This document shows positions 59,301 to 64,000 of a DNA stretch of 64,000 nt, one piece after another. This stretch comes from Guillardia theta CCMP2712 (Eukaryota; Protista; Cryptophyta). Within the stretch, counting starts at the first letter, position 1. Each line of letters starts with the position of its first letter. Position numbers and translations under genes: made by a program. The stretch is from NCBI RefSeq assembly GCF_000315625.1, contig NW_005434607.1, positions 213,583 through 277,582 of the forward strand, given 5' to 3'. The notes beneath the pieces are model-generated. The model saw only the letters and a list, made by a program, of their open reading frames with translations. It searched no databases and was not told the origin of the DNA.

Positions 59301-61463
59301 GGACCGGCTGAATCTCTCTGAGATCATCTCGTACTGTTCGCAGGATTGCTTCATTTCAAAGACCTTCTTGCCCAGCACGTCCAAGGACTTGTCCAATCTC
59401 TGTATTTCCTCTGCGATTTCGTGCGAAAGAGCAGACAGTTCATTTGACTTCGAAGGCTTCTGTGCAGGAGCCGGTTTCTTCTTGGGTTCAGACTTGCTGT
59501 CCGCCTCCCTCTTGTGGGTTGCTTTCAATGACTTGCTTGCTTTCTTGACCGCAACCTTTCTCTCGAACCCGAAAGCTTTCAGCACAAGCTCCAAGTCTGC
59601 AATGGTAACGCTCCCTCGCTCTGAAGCAGAACAAGAGATCAGTTATGCTCCAATCTTGTACGAGACAATTACAATTTACCTTTGTCGTCAATGTACGAAA
59701 ACATCTCATCAATCTCATCGTCAGGGAGGTCTAAAGGAAGTTTCTGGACTCCGAGCCTGAAACGACCACAATCAGAATCAGATCTATCGTATGCAACAAG
59801 AAAATTTGAGAATATACTGACCTGAACTCAAGCTTTGTTATTTCATTGTCTCCCTTCCCACACTCCAATTCTGGTCTATCGAAGTGCTGGAAGATCGCTT
59901 CAGGGTTCCGGTATCTGCCAAGAAGGAATCCGATTATCATGAGACAAGGACACAGGGGCAATGAGTGCTCAGAGAGTTATCATTGCTCCACCTACCTCGA
60001 CACAAGAGCTTCTATCACACGTTGGATTGAAGAAGGGGGACTTTTGGACAACAGCTTACGATCACATTTCCAGCCTACAAAGCCGTTCTTGGGCGGAGCT
60101 GGGTCCGAATCTTTGCTGTCGTTGGCTGGTTCAGATATTGACAAACTGAAGTTCTCCGATGGTGCCGTTTCTTGTCCTGATTCGTGAGCGTCTGTCAGTT
60201 GAGACTCGAGGTTTATATCAAGAGCTGGCTCTTCCTTAGAATCTTCTGCAACTGCATGGATATCAACATTTTTTACACCCCCCTTGCTGGAAGATTCAGG
60301 AACAAATTCCTCATTCACGCATGCGTTGATGGGCGTAAATTCAATTCTCTTGTCGTTATTTGAACCGCTTTGATCTTTATACTTGACTCCATTCACTGTA
60401 AGCCTTGGAAACGATGCCGCTGGGTTAGGACTGACTGTCTGTACAGTTTGAGAATCTTGCAGCCCTTTAGAACTGTTTTCAGCTTCTGGAAAGGATCCTC
60501 TGATGTCAGAAATCTGATCCTTCTGATCACGACTTTGCGCAATCGATTTTGCTTGTTCCACTAGCGCTTCTAACCTCGAGTACAGCGACTGTCCGACAGT
60601 CAGCAATCGAACATCAACAGCATGCTACCTCTCACCTTCATGTCCTCAACTTTCTTATCCAAGGCCTCTTCTTGCACTTGACTGCTTGCCTCCTTCACAC
60701 TGGTCGAATCAGCTTCCCGAGCTTTGCCCTCCCCTCGAGCAGCAGAACGCATGTTGCCTTGTCCTTGTTTCCCGTCCTTCGGATCAGGACCAGGAACATC
60801 CTGGACGACGTTGGGCTGCTGCATTCCATCAGGTCGTTGATGAGACCTCCCTTGTGAGAGCTTGCGCCGCTCCTTGGGAGGAGGCTCATGGGGAACCGGC
60901 TCTTCACCTGTCGCCTCCTCTTCAGGAATGTCCGCGCCATCCCACGAGCGTTCATCCATGCGACTGAGATCTGGTGCATCGAAGGAGGAGCAGTTCGCCT
61001 CCAGTAAGGCCGGGCGATTCAACTCTGCGATGACACCACAAAGGTACTCCTTGGCGTATGAATCATCGCCCACGTCCTGCCACTTGTACCCGGGGCACGC
61101 ATTTTCAAACCTGGCCCTGGAGGAGTTTGGGTCAGTGGCCCTGCGGAGGATATGTGTGATATCTTTCTCGAGCCCGACAAGGTCCTGCCATGTGTGCTCT
61201 GAGTTCAGAATCTGCGTGATGCCGTTGGTGATAGCGATCGACTGAACTGAACTCGTGGAAAGCTTCCCAGATCTGGCCAGGTACGGAGACGGGCCCGGAT
61301 CAAGATGCAATCTCCTGGCACTTCCTGACTCCGGCGTGTTGGGAGATTGATGAGGAGGATGATCTGGCGCGGGAATCTCCTTCAGCTTTGACAAGGGAAC
61401 TCGAACACTTTGCATCTTTTGTTGATGGTTGATTTCTTGTCGTATGCGACAGTCAACTAACAA
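55062..61463 (-). CDS. Very large coiled-coil/acidic protein with an EF-hand pair
   Basis: Long same-strand ORFs (287, 204, 813 and 653 aa) separated by short introns. Spliced EF-hand-like pair: EAIFQHFDRPELECGKGDNEITKLEFR / DEIDEMFSYIDDKERGSVTIADLELVL at ~59570-59910. The 5' end is uncertain. Confidence 0.7.
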
Positions 61464-61878
61464 CCAATGGACATTGTGTTGCCGACCAAGACAGCTTTAG
61501 GTGTAAAGCACAGAGCATGGTCACCAATCACAGACCCCATGAGGATGCTTTCGGCTCCATGTGCTTCGAAACCTGCACACTCAACCCTGGAAACATGCCT
61601 TCGTCCCATCCGTCCTGTTGGTCGACATGCTCTGGTCCTCGTGTCCTGCGCTCCTCCTTCCCTCGCTCGTTCCCTCGCTTCCTCCCTCTCTACTGTCCTT
61701 CGCACATCGCCATATCCCTTCGCCCACGTTCCCTCTCCCCCTCCTCCCGCCTTCTCCTTCAACCCCTTGCTCCTTCCCGTCCACTGGCGAAAGCGCGCCG
61801 AACCCCCACGTCCCCTCACATACCCATCTTTACTAGTTAAAACAGAGTTAAAAGCAGAGTTAAAAGTTTTCGTTCACC

Positions 61879-62250
61879 CAGGCCGGACGTTAGCGCAAGG
61901 GGTGCAGAATAAAATGTATTTGTTTTCCCTCACAATTTCTCAAAAACGTGGCATTAGCGGTTAGGAAAATTTGAATAATATTCCGTAACGGCTATTTCTG
62001 GGGGAAAACAATACCTTGTTTTCCCCCAGATGAAGATTTTTTCCCGAGCCCACCTCGCCGTTTCACCACATGTGATTGCGGCGGCAGGGTTGAGCGTTAC
62101 CGCCTGTTCAAATTGGACTTGAATGGAGACCGTGAAAAAAAAAACTTGGGGCCTCGATACGCCGCTAATGCCACGTTCTATTGTACACAGCGATTTTAAA
62201 TGCCCGTGCAAAACAACCTAAATTTACCCCTTGCGCTAACGTCCGGCCTG
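61879..62250. mobile_element. 372-bp MITE (non-autonomous DNA transposon) with perfect 25-bp TIRs
   Basis: CAGGCCGGACGTTAGCGCAAGGGGT (61879-61903) and its exact reverse complement (62226-62250). Internal inverted pair AACGTGGCATTAGCGG / CCGCTAATGCCACGTT. AT-rich non-coding interior. No clear TSD. Confidence 0.88.
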
Positions 62251-62498
62251 CAGCGGGCCGACAGAGCCGGAGTTCGTTCCAGTGGTTCGTTCTGACTCAC
62301 CTGAGTTCGTTCTGACGGTTCGTTGGTTCCCGGCAGTCCACGGATCGTTCTGAATCCCGGCAGAACATATTCAATGCCACGAGTCCATCCGGCCCCGGCC
62401 GGGCCGCGAGGGCAACGGCGCCTGGCGGCCCCGGCGGCCCCGGCCGGGCTCAGCTCGGGGGGCAGCGGGGCCCGGCCCGCGGCCGCCGCCGGGCGGCC

Positions 62499-62550
62499 GC
62501 CGCACTGTAGTTAACTAGTACATTGCCCCCGCACTGTAGTTAACTAGTAC
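62499..62550. repeat. 22-bp direct repeat CCGCACTGTAGTTAACTAGTAC x2
   Basis: Directly visible, 30-bp period. Confidence 0.85.
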
Positions 62551-63182
62551 TGAATGTGCTGGCAAAGGATGCGCTCTCACCCTCCGGTTTCTTGAAACTT
62601 TGAATCTTGAATAGGAGAAGAATGAGGAAGCAGCAGTCTTCACTACGAATGCTGAAAAAAGATGATATGGAGTATGGCGAGGCTCGAAATCATCTCTGAA
62701 GCAAGTTAGCCAAGTAGTCGCTATTGGATTGGAGCGTGTTTTTATTTTTTTTCCGACGGTTTGTTGCTGGACAAGTGAACACAGTGCAACACAAGAGCCA
62801 GATCTGGAACTTAACTACTGCTACTACTGTTAAAGGAATGATTTGAGGACTGGTTGCATGGATTCTGATTGAAGGTATGAGGGAGCTGGAGTCAGGAAAA
62901 GTTCTTGTGATGGGTTTATGTATTTGATGATGCACCTGTTTGGTCTTGTCTGTGAAGCCGGTTGTTGATTCCTGGCTAGCTGTCTGTTCTTCACCGTAGC
63001 AGATAATCAAAATTCAAAATACCAAATCTCTCAGTGATCTCGTTGACTATTTAAAAGATATTGTTCATTGACCGCAAAATCGAGCAATAACTTGAAATAA
63101 TCACGAACAATTCACTGCAAAGAACAAAAATTGCGCCTTTGCATGAAATGGACAACATCAAACAAAGCAAAACAAATCGAAT

Positions 63183-64000
63183 TCATAGCAGGTTCAAAAG
63201 CTGTTTGCCCATGTCTTGGATTCTGGCGTTTTGCTGAAACTCGTCCATGGCGTTGGAAATGCTGGACCTTGCTTTCATCTGTCGCATATAAGCCTGAGAC
63301 AAATGAGACGTTTGCAACACAGGAAGATGAAATTACTTTGTTGGAAGGATTGAGGGGAAAGTTGAGAAGTGCTGCGCAAGCCTCCTCCTGTACCACTTCA
63401 TCCATCGCATGCGCCTTCATGGCTCGGAGAATAGCCTCGATGCACGCTTCGGTCTTTGCCCCCTCCATCGTGTTCGCGTCGTCTGTCATGTTGGCAGTCA
63501 CATTCCCCAGCGCCTTGCACGCCCCCTCCTGTACTTCCTTGCTCGCTAGGTAGTTGTTCATCGCATTGACAATCGCCCCAATGCCCCCTTCCTCCCTGAT
63601 CCTGACCGCGTTCTCGGCGTTGTTGAATGCCAAGCTCTGCAGCGCATAGCACGCCTGCTCCTGTACCCCTGCGCTCGTCGGGTGCCCCTCCATCGCCCCC
63701 ACGACCGCCCTGATACCTCCTTCCTCCCTGATCCTGACCGCGTTCTCGTCGTTGTTTGAAGCCAAGTGCCCAAGCGCCCTGCACGCCCCCTCCTGTACCC
63801 CGCTCCCCCCTTCGTGCCCGTCCATCGCCCCCACGACCGCCCTAATGCCCCCTTCCTCCCTGATCCTGACCGCGTTCTCGGCATTGTTGGCAGCCAAGTG
63901 CCCCAGCACCCTGCACGCCCCCTCCTGTACTTTGTCGCTCTCTAAGTGACCCTCCATCGCCCCCACGACCGCCCTGATGCCCCCTTCCTCCCTGATCTTG
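63183..64000 (-). CDS. Armadillo-repeat protein, 3' part (5' end beyond window)
   Basis: 43-aa units VQEGACRALGHLA.NN.ENAVRIREEGGIRAVVGAM. Final exon AYMRQMKARSSISNAMDEFQQNARIQDMGKQLLNLL* ends at 63183. Confidence 0.92.

Overview
Eukaryotic nuclear DNA from a cryptophyte alga, most likely Guillardia theta or a close relative (inference). The call rests on a nucleus-encoded cryptophyte phycoerythrin alpha-subunit gene, many short (~45-60 nt) GT-AG introns, microsatellite-filled introns and a 100-N scaffold gap. Gene models were spliced by eye. In order, the window holds an ankyrin protein, a CRAL-TRIO/Sec14 protein, a hypothetical membrane protein, three tandem intronless SHAQKYF-class MYB genes, a PG-repeat/TPR protein, a hypothetical protein and a WD40 protein. 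A gene-poor 16.3-20.8 kb island follows, with an unexplained array of 13 mixed-orientation 45-bp repeats and a probable hAT relic. After it come a large SAC3/GANP-family gene with 22 near-perfect SAFG heptads, a DMT/EamA transporter with a predicted plastid leader, cpeA and an At1g16080/ketopantoate-reductase-like gene. The last part holds an apparent ABC1/UbiB kinase-guanylate kinase fusion, a rhomboid-UBA protease, a COG0523/CobW GTPase, a secreted Cys-module protein, a large EF-hand coiled-coil protein, a 372-bp MITE and an ARM-repeat protein. The best candidates for something undescribed are the 17.2-18.4 kb interspaced, fold-back repeat array and the ABC1K-guanylate kinase fusion.
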